Shown in pieces: positions 10,903-20,233 of a stretch of DNA of 64,000 nucleotides. The position numbers and the translations under genes were made by a program. The notes under the pieces were generated by a model. That model saw nothing but the letters and a program-made list of their open reading frames with translations, searched no databases and was not told the DNA's origin. Each line of letters opens with the position of its first letter. The stretch's first letter is position 1. The stretch is from a virus. The stretch spans positions 5,236 to 69,235 of IMG/VR virus record IMGVR_UViG_3300027675_000005; one strand, given 5' to 3'.

Positions 10903-11520
10903 CTACTCGTTCTCCGACTCGACCGGCAACCCTAAAAAATGTGGAGTCACGAGTTTCGCAATCGTAACACCATCCCCGATAGTAATAGCATTCACAGCCC
11001 AGCTCGGAAGTGCTAGCATTCCCGGAGGTTTAGCAACCGTTGCAATCAGGATCGCTGTCTGCGTGATACTATCATTAGCTGATAGAACATCCTCGACATC
11101 TCCGTATGTCGAAGCAAGGAACTCAAGTTCTGTAATGGGATCCTTTCCCGTAACAGGAATCGGCGTACCCAATTGATAAACAATCGAGGTAGAAATCCCA
11201 TCACCTTCGCGAGTGACCTTACCAACTGCGCCCTCATCCTCATCCAGATGTGATGTCAACATCTGAGCGTTAGGAATAGGCATCATTGTTACGTCATCCG
11301 ATTCGATTGGGGTTGTCGAACCGTTGACATAATAGATCACTTGTTTAGCAAGACGCAATCTGCGCAATCGCGCCTCAAGCGTCTTTGGCTTTTTCATTGT
11401 CTGCGCCTCGGCGATCATATCCGAGAACGACTGAAATGAAAGCCGATTAATGACAGCTCCGTCGATTACCTTATCGCGAAGCTGCCAAGGCTGTGGTAGT
11501 ACGAACTTTTCGCTGGGCAT
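10903..11520 (-). CDS. Tail assembly chaperone; -1 frameshift extends the product to the stop at 10760
   Basis: Between tube and TMP. Slippery T TTT TTA at 10939-10933; the -1 frame is open to TAA at 10762-10760. Confidence 0.75.
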   Translation of the reverse strand: MPSEKFVLPQPWQLRDKVIDGAVINRLSFQSFSDMIAEAQTMKKPKTLEARLRRLRLAKQVIYYVNGSTTPIESDDVTMMPIPNAQMLTSHLDEDEGAVGKVTREGDGISTSIVYQLGTPIPVTGKDPITELEFLASTYGDVEDVLSANDSITQTAILIATVAKPPGMLALPSWAVNAITIGDGVTIAKLVTPHFLGLPVESENE

Positions 11521-11541
11521 AGATACTCCGTTAGGTTAAGC

Positions 11542-11988
11542 TCACGCTGCGACGGCGAACGTCGGCTGAACCAAATCAGGTGTTGGTTCGAGAGTACCCG
11601 CCGGCAGCATTTCGTCGATCTCCTTGAAGACGATCGTCATTGTCACCTCGTGGGTGTCTGACTTCTCGTCGCCAGTGCCGGTGCCTTTTGCTGCCGAGTA
11701 CACAAGACCGTTGTAATACTCGACCTGCAGATTGACGTCCGAACACCCCTGATACATCGAAAGTGGAATTCGAAGATCACGAATGACCTTGATCTCCACT
11801 TCCGGGTTGGTCGGCTGCCGCTTCACATACCCATGAGGGAGTGCCTCGTTATTGTAGCCACACAGCCTCCAGGTCGGCAATTCCTCCGACGAAAGCTCAT
11901 GACTGATAGGGCCGTAAACTGCATCGGTGTCGCAATCCCGAAAGGAGATCAGGATGTTTTTGACGCCAACTTGATTTTCGCAAGTCAT
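11542..11988 (-). CDS. Tail tube protein
   Basis: 148 aa immediately after the sheath gene. Confidence 0.75.
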   Translation of the reverse strand: MTCENQVGVKNILISFRDCDTDAVYGPISHELSSEELPTWRLCGYNNEALPHGYVKRQPTNPEVEIKVIRDLRIPLSMYQGCSDVNLQVEYYNGLVYSAAKGTGTGDEKSDTHEVTMTIVFKEIDEMLPAGTLEPTPDLVQPTFAVAA

Positions 11989-12028
11989 TTAGACAACTCC
12001 TTGAAGCTGTGCGCCTCGGCGCAGTTGA

Positions 12029-13558
12029 TTAGTACGGGCGATCGCAGTTGGTCAGCAACGACGGTTTGGCGTTGATGATGATGTTGCTGATACGGACCGG
12101 CGGGCGATAGATAAAATCGATCCACAGCTTACCGGGGATGCCCTGACACTTCGGAGCAACCTCGAAGTCCGTCTTCAGAATGATATCCTTATCGATATCC
12201 TCGAACTCAGAGAAGAGAATACCGATCTGCGATTTGGCCCATGCTCGGAACGCGCCAAGGATGAGCTTCGGATTCGTACCACGAACACCTTCGGGAATGC
12301 TGGTGTTCTTGGTGTACAGACCAAGGCCAAGCACACGGCCAAGCTGGAGAGCGGCCTGATCCGCAGTTGCCGCTGCGAGGCGACGGCTGCTGACATTCCA
12401 CCATGTGGCGTTGAAACGACCGTTCTCGTCGTAACGGTTGTTCGTCACATCGTTGACGATCATCGGGCTGGTCATCTGGCCGGTGCCACCCTGAAGCGGA
12501 ACCACCACAACAAAGCCAGTCGCCTGCAGAACCTGCTGCTCCTCGAACGTGAAGCACTGGAAGCAGCTCTCCGGTTGAATGAGACAACCCAGGACACCAA
12601 AGTTTGGTCCCTGAACGTTCATCTCCGGATGATCGATAGTCGAGCAACAAGACAATGCAGCATACGCTGCCGCTTTCTGCCAACCAGCAACCGGATCAGT
12701 GGTGCAATGAGCGATACGGCTCACTTCTGCAGAGTTCGTGTCAGACGACATAATCTGACCGAACGAGCCATAGTTGTAAGTGTAACCATGGCCGAAGCAT
12801 TGCGGCTTCGAGCAGTCCCACGCGGACTTGATGTACTCGATCATCGCGTCCTGCCAATCATCATCGGCGTACAGCATTGCGATGCAGCAATAGCAGCATT
12901 CACCGAGAATCGCCTGATAGTCAGGCGGGGTGAAAGCGGTATTGGCGCCCTGCACACTCTGGGCAACCACCACTTCGATACCGACAGGAGCATAGTCACG
13001 ACGCTGATGCCAATTATAAAGAATGTTGATAGCATTACCGACTGTGCCAGCATTCTTTGACGTCAACGTGATTACTCCCGCTGCCGCAACAGCGATAAAC
13101 GGAAGTCCAGGTTCACTGTTGAGCTCGTTTGCCACATTGGTGGCAATCTCGTCTGCCGTATCGCCTTCGTGAACGCGAACGGAAGTATTGTAACGCCCGT
13201 CGACCAAGAACAGATCAACCCGACCGTCACTCTCCGCCGTACCAGTAAAGGTCACGGTGTAAGCAGCCTTTACGGATGCCCCGATGGTTGCGTCCATCCA
13301 CGGAAGAGCATAGAACTCCATCACCTGCTGCGGGCAGCACAGGAAGGCTGTACGCAGACCTTCGGCAATGATGCTGCCCTCGCCGAACAGCAGATCGACG
13401 TCCTTCAACGAAGGCATCTTGATGAGCTCGCCATCCAAAGCAGTACCGGTGTCGAGCATCTGACCCTCGACTAGAATGCGGCACCGGTTGGGATAGGCAT
13501 TGAGGCTCGGATCGAAACAAATCCGGATTGCACCGGACCGCAGACTGTCGATTGACAT
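12029..13558 (-). CDS. Tail sheath protein (Mu gpL-like)
   Basis: LFGEGS and ITLTSKNAGTVGN motifs, 509 aa. Confidence 0.9.
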   Translation of the reverse strand: MSIDSLRSGAIRICFDPSLNAYPNRCRILVEGQMLDTGTALDGELIKMPSLKDVDLLFGEGSIIAEGLRTAFLCCPQQVMEFYALPWMDATIGASVKAAYTVTFTGTAESDGRVDLFLVDGRYNTSVRVHEGDTADEIATNVANELNSEPGLPFIAVAAAGVITLTSKNAGTVGNAINILYNWHQRRDYAPVGIEVVVAQSVQGANTAFTPPDYQAILGECCYCCIAMLYADDDWQDAMIEYIKSAWDCSKPQCFGHGYTYNYGSFGQIMSSDTNSAEVSRIAHCTTDPVAGWQKAAAYAALSCCSTIDHPEMNVQGPNFGVLGCLIQPESCFQCFTFEEQQVLQATGFVVVVPLQGGTGQMTSPMIVNDVTNNRYDENGRFNATWWNVSSRRLAAATADQAALQLGRVLGLGLYTKNTSIPEGVRGTNPKLILGAFRAWAKSQIGILFSEFEDIDKDIILKTDFEVAPKCQGIPGKLWIDFIYRPPVRISNIIINAKPSLLTNCDRPY

Positions 13559-13598
13559 TAGTCAGTCTCCTTGTAAATGAAGTCCAGTGAAGGACGGT

Positions 13599-13868
13599 TT
13601 AGGCTTTTGGTGCAGGCGAACCGGTACCGGGAGCGGGTGGCTCAGAAGCTGATTTGCCACCACTTAGCCACGGTTGCTCTTTCTTCCTGGATTGCGCAGG
13701 TCTCCCTCCGCTACCCTTACCTTCTTCGACTTCGAGGTCTTCCCAGTGGTGAACCAGCCTCCGAATATACGGATTGTCTGGAACAGGAATAAACTTGTCC
13801 TGAGGGATCACTTTCCCCTCGAAGAAGGCCTTTCGGCCTGGCTTAGTTCGCACATAAATCATGGCCAT
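13599..13868 (-). CDS. DUF2635-like small tail protein (Mu gp38-like)
   Basis: VPDNPYIRRLV...DL motif just upstream of the sheath. Confidence 0.65.
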   Translation of the reverse strand: MAMIYVRTKPGRKAFFEGKVIPQDKFIPVPDNPYIRRLVHHWEDLEVEEGKGSGGRPAQSRKKEQPWLSGGKSASEPPAPGTGSPAPKA

Positions 13869-13883
13869 TGGGTCTCTCCTTAG

Positions 13884-14486
13884 TTAGGGACAGGGATCTT
13901 CACACGGAACAGGATCGAAGCATTCAGGCACACAACATTCTGAAGCAGGAGCACACATATTGAATCCAATATGATCGATTATCATATCAGGGGGATAAGA
14001 AATGCAAGCCTTCCAGTTAACAGCCGCTATAAAGCCGAACGTCATTGTCACAGCTAGATGGTCTGCTTCCGTATCCAAAGCTCGGAAAGCAATTCGAGCA
14101 TCCCGAGGCGCCTTCCAAGTCGCCATATGCGTCAGTAGCTTATCTCGAATTGCTTCATAATTGTAATAGCTCCAGAAAGGTGCGTCGCTTCCATTAGCGC
14201 GTTTATATTTCTCTGGAGACAACCAAAACTCTACAATAAAATGATCCGTAATTTCATATTGACTCTGACGAGACTTTACACTCTGCTCACCGACCGCACG
14301 AACAAAAGCAACCACAGCCAGCGGCAGTGTCGGAATGTTCTCTTTTGTCACCGCGCTCTCAGAAACTGCCATTGCACGACCGTTCAACTCAGGAAACCAC
14401 TCTGCGACCGCCGCGGCAAGGGCAGGCAGGAGACGAGTTTCTACCTGAACTGGAGGAAGTTCACCTTTGGGAGTAATAGCATCCAT
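13884..14486 (-). CDS. Tail terminator/completion protein
   Basis: Position in the neck module. Confidence 0.5.
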   Translation of the reverse strand: MDAITPKGELPPVQVETRLLPALAAAVAEWFPELNGRAMAVSESAVTKENIPTLPLAVVAFVRAVGEQSVKSRQSQYEITDHFIVEFWLSPEKYKRANGSDAPFWSYYNYEAIRDKLLTHMATWKAPRDARIAFRALDTEADHLAVTMTFGFIAAVNWKACISYPPDMIIDHIGFNMCAPASECCVPECFDPVPCEDPCP

Positions 14487-14885
14487 CTACCCGCCTTCTA
14501 TTCCTCTTGTTCCCGGAGAACCGTGCGACCATCCAACCCAAGTCTTAGCTCGCTTTTTAGCAGCAGCAAGACCTTCCTTCAAAGCATTATCGGACATCTT
14601 ACGTCGTTGCATCTTTCGGGTACCGTGACGCAGATATCCTGCGTAAGATGTGTTACTGCTAATTTCGACACCGGTATCTGACACTTTAGTTCTGATTGAT
14701 CTTCTGAGTCTACCCGACCGAACCGCAGGATATTCACCTGGGGATGATGCGGGAGGATACTTCCCCATCTTTTTGAAGGCTTTCTCAGACTCGTTAGCTA
14801 CCAATTGAAGCCAACGCCGAAATGCAGCCTTATCCCGTTTCGCCCAGAACGGCGCCCATTGTTTAAAACTAATTTCGAGTGTCAC
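14487..14885 (-). CDS. HK97 gp10-like tail completion protein
   Basis: ASSPGEYPAVRSGRLRRSI...YLRHGTRKM motif. Confidence 0.8.
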   Translation of the reverse strand: MTLEISFKQWAPFWAKRDKAAFRRWLQLVANESEKAFKKMGKYPPASSPGEYPAVRSGRLRRSIRTKVSDTGVEISSNTSYAGYLRHGTRKMQRRKMSDNALKEGLAAAKKRAKTWVGWSHGSPGTRGIEGG

Positions 14886-15304
14886 AGGTTTACCCGAGTA
14901 CGTTCAGGATTAAGATCACTCGGCATTGGCTGAGCGGTTTCACTGGCTTCAACAAGGTGGCATTCAAGCATTACAAATTTTCTAGTCTCATCTACAAAGC
15001 CTAGAACTTTATACCAACGAGATGGGCTCTGAAAAAATTCCTCGTAGATCCAAGCTGCTGAACTATAATCAATACCCAGATCAGCACGAATTCGAATACG
15101 ATGAGTTGCTCGAGTTGCAAGTTCCTTGATTGCAAAACCTACTTCAGATAAAAATGAAGGTAGATGCTGCTGATGATCAATCTTAGCCCAAGTCCACACC
15201 ACAGCTTCCCGACGCAAATCCATCCGATCAGCGGACACAACAACATCCTTCATCGTACAGATTGCGACGCGGTGTCTCAATTGTGAGATTTTAGTTTCCG
15301 CCAC
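14882..15304 (-). CDS. Head closure / head-tail joining protein
   Basis: LRHRVAI...WAKI...THRIRIR pattern. Confidence 0.75.
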   Translation of the reverse strand: MAETKISQLRHRVAICTMKDVVVSADRMDLRREAVVWTWAKIDHQQHLPSFLSEVGFAIKELATRATHRIRIRADLGIDYSSAAWIYEEFFQSPSRWYKVLGFVDETRKFVMLECHLVEASETAQPMPSDLNPERTRVNL

Positions 15305-16006
15305 TTAGAATCCCTCAGGATCGAACTGCCGCCAAGACTCCAACGCGCCACTGATCAGAGCAATATTGTTAGTACCAATAATAGCACCACCCCTTGCAGA
15401 AAGAGTATTCCGCATACTAAGTACTTCATCACCTGGGTGTTCGACGACCCATGCGACAAATTGAAGAATTCCAAGAAGTATTCCAGCCGGGACTTGATCT
15501 GCACAGGAGAATCCTGCTTTGTACATGATACGAAGTCCATTTGTCGCTACCGAACAAGGATTGCAACAATTGCTCAGATCTGGGGTGTAAAAGAAACGAC
15601 CCGGAAGTTTTACCTTACGGCTGTTCGGAGTAACATGAACAATCTCAGGGTTCTGATTGTTTCCGTAGATATAAACTATTCCATCAGTCGAAGGATACTG
15701 AAGTCTAATTGTAACATAATCGTGTCCCAGCTTAGGCTTCTTTACAGCAAGGACTTCGCTGAACACCTTTTGTTTACTTAGAGTGAGACCAGTATAGAAT
15801 TCTGCCGCCTCAACCGCAGCAGCACGATAGAGACGCAGTTGTTCGTCGCTCACACCAGGCACATCGTCTGTCTTGGTATGCTCACGAATCAACTTAATGC
15901 TGAGATACTCATCCCAGTTAACGCCGCCCAAAGCATCCCCTTCCTTCAGGGGCTGATCTGGCGCGGGCGGACCCGGGGAAAGAGTGTAGCCAGTACTGCT
16001 CAACAC
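15305..16006 (-). CDS. Head-tail connector (gp6-like)
   Basis: AAVEAAEFYTG...YKAGF...VPAGI pattern. Confidence 0.75.
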   Translation of the reverse strand: MLSSTGYTLSPGPPAPDQPLKEGDALGGVNWDEYLSIKLIREHTKTDDVPGVSDEQLRLYRAAAVEAAEFYTGLTLSKQKVFSEVLAVKKPKLGHDYVTIRLQYPSTDGIVYIYGNNQNPEIVHVTPNSRKVKLPGRFFYTPDLSNCCNPCSVATNGLRIMYKAGFSCADQVPAGILLGILQFVAWVVEHPGDEVLSMRNTLSARGGAIIGTNNIALISGALESWRQFDPEGF

Positions 16007-16692
16007 TTGCTCATCCTGATATCAAAACAGTCTTGCCGACTGTAGCAGACACAGTTGCAATCGATTGCCTGCATCTGCGCAGTAAGACGCCACACTTCAC
16101 AGGCATCCGCATTCGGTGCAACCTTGACTGCGACTGTGACATAATAATGCTGGTAATTAACAGTCCAGCTTTCGACGCTGACGTGTGGCGTCTCTTCCAT
16201 ATCGGCGGAATCGTAAGATCCAACACCGATCAAAACTTCAAAAACAGAAGTCTTGTTTGTCTCGTCCGTAGCACTAATATAGAAACGATCCGGACCATTA
16301 TATCCACCGTTTGGAATATAGTCAAATGTTCCATCCAAGTGAACATCAACTGCCCCATGGCTTGGCCCAGTAAATGGAACGATCTTAAAAGTCATTGGGC
16401 CGAGTTCGGGATCTGTGATCTTGGTTTTAAAATCCCCATTGAGTGGCGGCGACGGAACATTGAACGCCACATTGGCCCCGTCAACTTTCACGGGTGCGCC
16501 CGCGCTGACACCACAAGCTGCCATCTGCTCCAGAGCAAACTGCGGCTCACAATGTAAACGGCCGATAGGAACAGCCCATGGGGCATAATGAATCGGAAGC
16601 CGCGACGTAGTACCAGGCTTCAGAGTAACCTGCTCGCAGCAACAAACTTGACACGCATCGCGAACGACGTCTTCAACGGCAAACTGGAGCAT
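16000..16692 (-). CDS. Virion protein with cadherin/Ig-like domain, Cys-rich
   Basis: GPSHGAV...DGTFDYIPNGGYNGPDRF motif (Big_9/cadherin-like). Confidence 0.7.
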   Translation of the reverse strand: MLQFAVEDVVRDACQVCCCEQVTLKPGTTSRLPIHYAPWAVPIGRLHCEPQFALEQMAACGVSAGAPVKVDGANVAFNVPSPPLNGDFKTKITDPELGPMTFKIVPFTGPSHGAVDVHLDGTFDYIPNGGYNGPDRFYISATDETNKTSVFEVLIGVGSYDSADMEETPHVSVESWTVNYQHYYVTVAVKVAPNADACEVWRLTAQMQAIDCNCVCYSRQDCFDIRMSKC

Positions 16693-16768
16693 GATGTTAC
16701 CCTCTGGTTAGCGGGAATCCTCTCCCCCATCTCTCAAGGGAGGGCGAAAACGGAGGAGAGGCCCCTAC

Positions 16769-16861
16769 TTACGGAGCAGGCGGACAGGTGAAGCAAGGCG
16801 GAGCAGCAAGCGGAACTGCGGCAGCCGCACCGCAACCTGGTCGACAGGTAACTGGAATCAT
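16769..16861 (-). CDS. 30-aa Cys/Pro-rich micropeptide (MIPVTCRPGCGAAAAVPLAAPPCFTCPPAP)
   Basis: AAGGAG SD 6 nt before the ATG; fills a gap in the operon; below the ORF-track cutoff. Confidence 0.6.
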   Translation of the reverse strand: MIPVTCRPGCGAAAAVPLAAPPCFTCPPAP

Positions 16862-16871
16862 AATAATCTCC

Positions 16872-17231
16872 TTAGTTATCACCGCTAGGTTTCAGCCACG
16901 AAGGTGCAGGAGGAGGCGGTGGGGGCTCCTCTGCAGTGACATCTTGTTTGGGTTTTGGAGAAGGAGCGGGCGCCGTGGGCGCCGCTGGCGGAGGAGCAGT
17001 TGGCTTCGTAGCTACAGGGGCCGAACCCGGAGCAACGGGGGCAGCATAGCCCGCTCGCAGCAAGTAGTCAGCAACCGGAGAATCAAGTTCCACGTCCATT
17101 GTGTCGAGTTCCCACTCGATGCGTACAATGTCCACACGAAACGACGGCCGATACTCGAACCATTGAATGGTATCGTTCTTCCCCGTAACACGGAGCATAC
17201 GGACTTTCAAAGTTTCACTGTCTTCGGCCAT
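16872..17231 (-). CDS. Hypothetical virion-module protein, Pro-rich C-terminus
   Basis: AACGGAG RBS, operon context. Confidence 0.6.
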   Translation of the reverse strand: MAEDSETLKVRMLRVTGKNDTIQWFEYRPSFRVDIVRIEWELDTMDVELDSPVADYLLRAGYAAPVAPGSAPVATKPTAPPPAAPTAPAPSPKPKQDVTAEEPPPPPPAPSWLKPSGDN

Positions 17232-17608
17232 TCTGTCAATCTCCGTTTGAATCTATCTAGGCGCGAAGTGGTAGCCATAATAAGATCGAGACTTACTTCA
17301 GCAACTTTATCGTCACGAGTATCTACTTCTTGGACGATGACAATCTGGCCTTTCATGTCAGCTACAAAGCTGATCTTGTGCGCCGGACGTTGAGGAACCA
17401 ATCTCATGCTTATAGGAGAAAGCATATTGGGTAGTTCACCCAGATCAATTACATCCGTTCCTAGGACATAGGGTGAGAATTGATCTGACCCAACTTGCTT
17501 TGCCCAGACGTATAAGCGAGCAAGACCGAGGTCAGCGGGAAGTGCAGCACGGACGATTATCTCATCACCCGGCCGCACTCTCACCGCCTTTGTAGCTGTT
17601 TTCCTCAC
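17207..17608 (-). CDS. Hypothetical protein
   Basis: Overlapping gene in the head module. Confidence 0.5.
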   Translation of the reverse strand: MRKTATKAVRVRPGDEIIVRAALPADLGLARLYVWAKQVGSDQFSPYVLGTDVIDLGELPNMLSPISMRLVPQRPAHKISFVADMKGQIVIVQEVDTRDDKVAEVSLDLIMATTSRLDRFKRRLTEWPKTVKL

Positions 17609-18021
17609 CGGGGGCCCGAGAGGACAGCGACAACAATGATGCGACCAGTATCTCCACTGACCGCGAACACCTTAATAAAGGCATCCGGTCTGCACGGTAT
17701 CGTGGCCGTGCAGACAGTACCCGCCTTTGTACCGACGGGAAAGATGATCTGCGATTTCGGAGCAGCGACTTGCCCCGGCATCGCACACATCGCGATCACG
17801 GGGATATCAGATGCGTTAGCAACATCCCCCATGCAGTTGTCGGAAGGAAGAGGCGGTGCTGATCTGACCTCAAACACAGCCTCCACAGCAATATCAGAAT
17901 CAACAGTAAAGGTAAACGAGAACCCATTATGCTGTCTGATATCTATTCCAGGGTTGAATGGAGCAGCTTTGGCGCTCCAGGCAATAAACCCCTGGTGCTG
18001 AGAAGCAATATTCAGATTCAT
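17605..18021 (-). CDS. Putative capsid decoration protein, paralog 2
   Basis: Clear paralog of 18031-18423 (IDIRQHN.F.FTF, CTAT.PCRPDAFI). Confidence 0.6.
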   Translation of the reverse strand: MNLNIASQHQGFIAWSAKAAPFNPGIDIRQHNGFSFTFTVDSDIAVEAVFEVRSAPPLPSDNCMGDVANASDIPVIAMCAMPGQVAAPKSQIIFPVGTKAGTVCTATIPCRPDAFIKVFAVSGDTGRIIVVAVLSGPR

Positions 18022-18030
18022 GGCAGCTCC

Positions 18031-18423
18031 TTAGCGGGGGCCACCAAGAACAGCAACAGCGATAACTGACGCTGCTCCGGTGCCAACCAGTTGGATGAAA
18101 GCGTCGGGTCTGCACGGCAACGTCGCTGTGCAGATGGTTCCCTTCTTGGTCCCGTTCGGGATAACGAACCCAGTTGTCGGATTCGCCGGCCCGAAGTCCA
18201 TGCAGGTGAGCGTCTCCTTGACGTCGTACAACGTACCGGGGAGACACGGATCTGCATCGCTAGGCGGAGCCGCCTGCACCTTAAACGAAGCGTCAGCAGC
18301 AAGATCTGCTGTCGTTTCGAAAGTGAAAGCGAAGTTGTTATGCTGGCGGATGTCAATAGGCCGACCCGCCGTACCAGACCACGCCAGAAGGCCGTTGTTC
18401 TGGCTAGCTACATTGATATTCAT
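18031..18423 (-). CDS. Putative capsid decoration protein, paralog 1
   Basis: Downstream of the MCP; paralog of the next gene. Confidence 0.6.
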   Translation of the reverse strand: MNINVASQNNGLLAWSGTAGRPIDIRQHNNFAFTFETTADLAADASFKVQAAPPSDADPCLPGTLYDVKETLTCMDFGPANPTTGFVIPNGTKKGTICTATLPCRPDAFIQLVGTGAASVIAVAVLGGPR

Positions 18424-18435
18424 GTGAACCTCTTC

Positions 18436-18469
18436 TGAGTTAACGTGACTAGTGAGTTAACGTGACTAG
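18436..18469. repeat. Perfect 17-bp tandem duplication TGAGTTAACGTGACTAG x2
   Basis: 18436-18452 is identical to 18453-18469. Confidence 0.9.
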
Positions 18470-18681
18470 GCGGGCGAAGCAGCCTTTGGAGCGGCCTTCG
18501 GAGCAGCTTTGGGCTCCGCAGTTTCCTTGGCGGGAGAGAACTCTCCCGTACGAGCGGTCCGGCGAAATACCTCGTTCGAGATATACCAACCGGAGTCCAC
18601 AGTTTGATTCCAACGGATGGGAGGAACCTCCATCTCTGGTTGCTCCACCGTGGCTTTAGGATCAGCAGCTTTGTCGGCCAT
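18466..18681 (-). CDS. Small hypothetical protein after the MCP
   Basis: AAGGAG SD; AAPK repeats. Confidence 0.6.
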   Translation of the reverse strand: MADKAADPKATVEQPEMEVPPIRWNQTVDSGWYISNEVFRRTARTGEFSPAKETAEPKAAPKAAPKAASPA

Positions 18682-18773
18682 TGTGATCTCCTTGGGAAGT
18701 GAATGAAACGGCGGACGCTTGCAGTCGCCCCGACAGTTTGAAGCACGTCAATTCGTGCTGCCGAGTCAATCGG

Positions 18774-20222
18774 TTAACCAACGGTGAGGATACGGGCTGC
18801 GGGGCAGCAGGCGGTGAAGCCACCGTCTTCGGCACCGAACACATATTTGACGCACCAAGCCGTGGACTGACCTTCCCACTGCTCCATCCAAAGCGAACGC
18901 TTGTTGACCATGTAGTAGGCCTGAGACCAGCTACCAGCAGCCACAAGGAAGTCGCCTGCGGTGAACGGCGCAGCCGCAGAGCCCTTTGTCAGACCTTCCG
19001 TCGGATCCGGCAAACAGTTGCTGATGCGGATATTCTCACGCACATCGTTCGGAGAATAAGTCATCAGACCATCGCCGAAGATGAAACGCCCGGTGGTGTC
19101 AACCAATGCAGCCAGATACGCGAACGTGTTCTGGTGCATGACAGCCGTCACCGGACCATACTCCACAGGGGAGCTGGCATAGAACAGACGGAAGTCAATA
19201 TGGTTAAACTGTGCCGGAGTGTTCGTAGCCTTCTTCGCAAAGCAGGAAGCATTCAGCCAGCCGAGCGGCTCGTTGATGCCATCGCCCACCATCAATGCGC
19301 GGTTGCGATTGATGCGATAAGAGCGAGCCGCCGCGCGGAACATGAAGTCCAGGAGCGGGTAGTTGGCTTCCGCCAGCACCTTGCGCTGGAAGCAGAACAC
19401 GCCACGGAAGTCGGAAACGGCGCCGGACTTGAACTGAATGTTCCCTTCCGGACCGTACTCGGCATCGCACTTGGCATCGCAATCATACTTGCCGATCTGA
19501 CCGTAGTCCATGACCTGCGGGTACATGAACTGCGACTTGCTGACCGTCACGCTGCCGTACAGATCCAGCAGCTCGGCACACTCGATAATACAGTTCACCT
19601 CGATCCCAAGAAGCTCGGGCGAGAAGAATGCGCTGTCGAGAGACGAAGCATCGAACGCCTTGCGTTCGACGTCCGTAAGACCACGAATGACCTTCTGCTT
19701 CGACTCGATGCCAACCTGCATCATCTTGCGTACCGCGGAACGGTAAGCAGATGCGTCGATCAGATTGTTCATGTCGGGCTTGAAGTCGTCGTCCGTGCCG
19801 CCCTTGAAGATATGGGCGCGGCGCTGGCATTCGACACCAGCCTTCTTGTCGGACTCCACCAGAGCGTCGCCGCCCTTGAGAATCGGAGCATCGAGCTCCT
19901 TCTTCACCTGGTCGAGCGCCTGAGTGAGCGATTGCTGAGTAGCCACAAGTGCGGCGTAGTCCTCAGCATGTTTCAGGACGGTCTTTTTCAGATCATCACT
20001 GTCGGCCTTGACGGCGCCGAAGTGGTTCGTCAGGTCCTTGTACTGCTGCTCGGTGTCGGCGCGATTCTTGGTCAGCAGACCAGTGATATCGCCAAGCTCC
20101 TTACTCAGCAGCTCGAGCGCCTGTTCGGCTGCCTGCTTGTCGGCCGGAGCTTCCTTTTTCAGATACATGCCCCTGGTCACAAGAGCAGGAGCCGCCATCA
20201 GTCTATTCTTAACCTGGTTCAT
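18774..20222 (-). CDS. Major capsid protein, HK97 fold with coiled-coil delta domain
   Basis: Coiled-coil N-terminus, ALMVGDGINEPLGWL motif, strong codon bias, follows the protease. Confidence 0.92.
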   Translation of the reverse strand: MNQVKNRLMAAPALVTRGMYLKKEAPADKQAAEQALELLSKELGDITGLLTKNRADTEQQYKDLTNHFGAVKADSDDLKKTVLKHAEDYAALVATQQSLTQALDQVKKELDAPILKGGDALVESDKKAGVECQRRAHIFKGGTDDDFKPDMNNLIDASAYRSAVRKMMQVGIESKQKVIRGLTDVERKAFDASSLDSAFFSPELLGIEVNCIIECAELLDLYGSVTVSKSQFMYPQVMDYGQIGKYDCDAKCDAEYGPEGNIQFKSGAVSDFRGVFCFQRKVLAEANYPLLDFMFRAAARSYRINRNRALMVGDGINEPLGWLNASCFAKKATNTPAQFNHIDFRLFYASSPVEYGPVTAVMHQNTFAYLAALVDTTGRFIFGDGLMTYSPNDVRENIRISNCLPDPTEGLTKGSAAAPFTAGDFLVAAGSWSQAYYMVNKRSLWMEQWEGQSTAWCVKYVFGAEDGGFTACCPAARILTVG

Positions 20223-20233
20223 AGGGAATCCCC

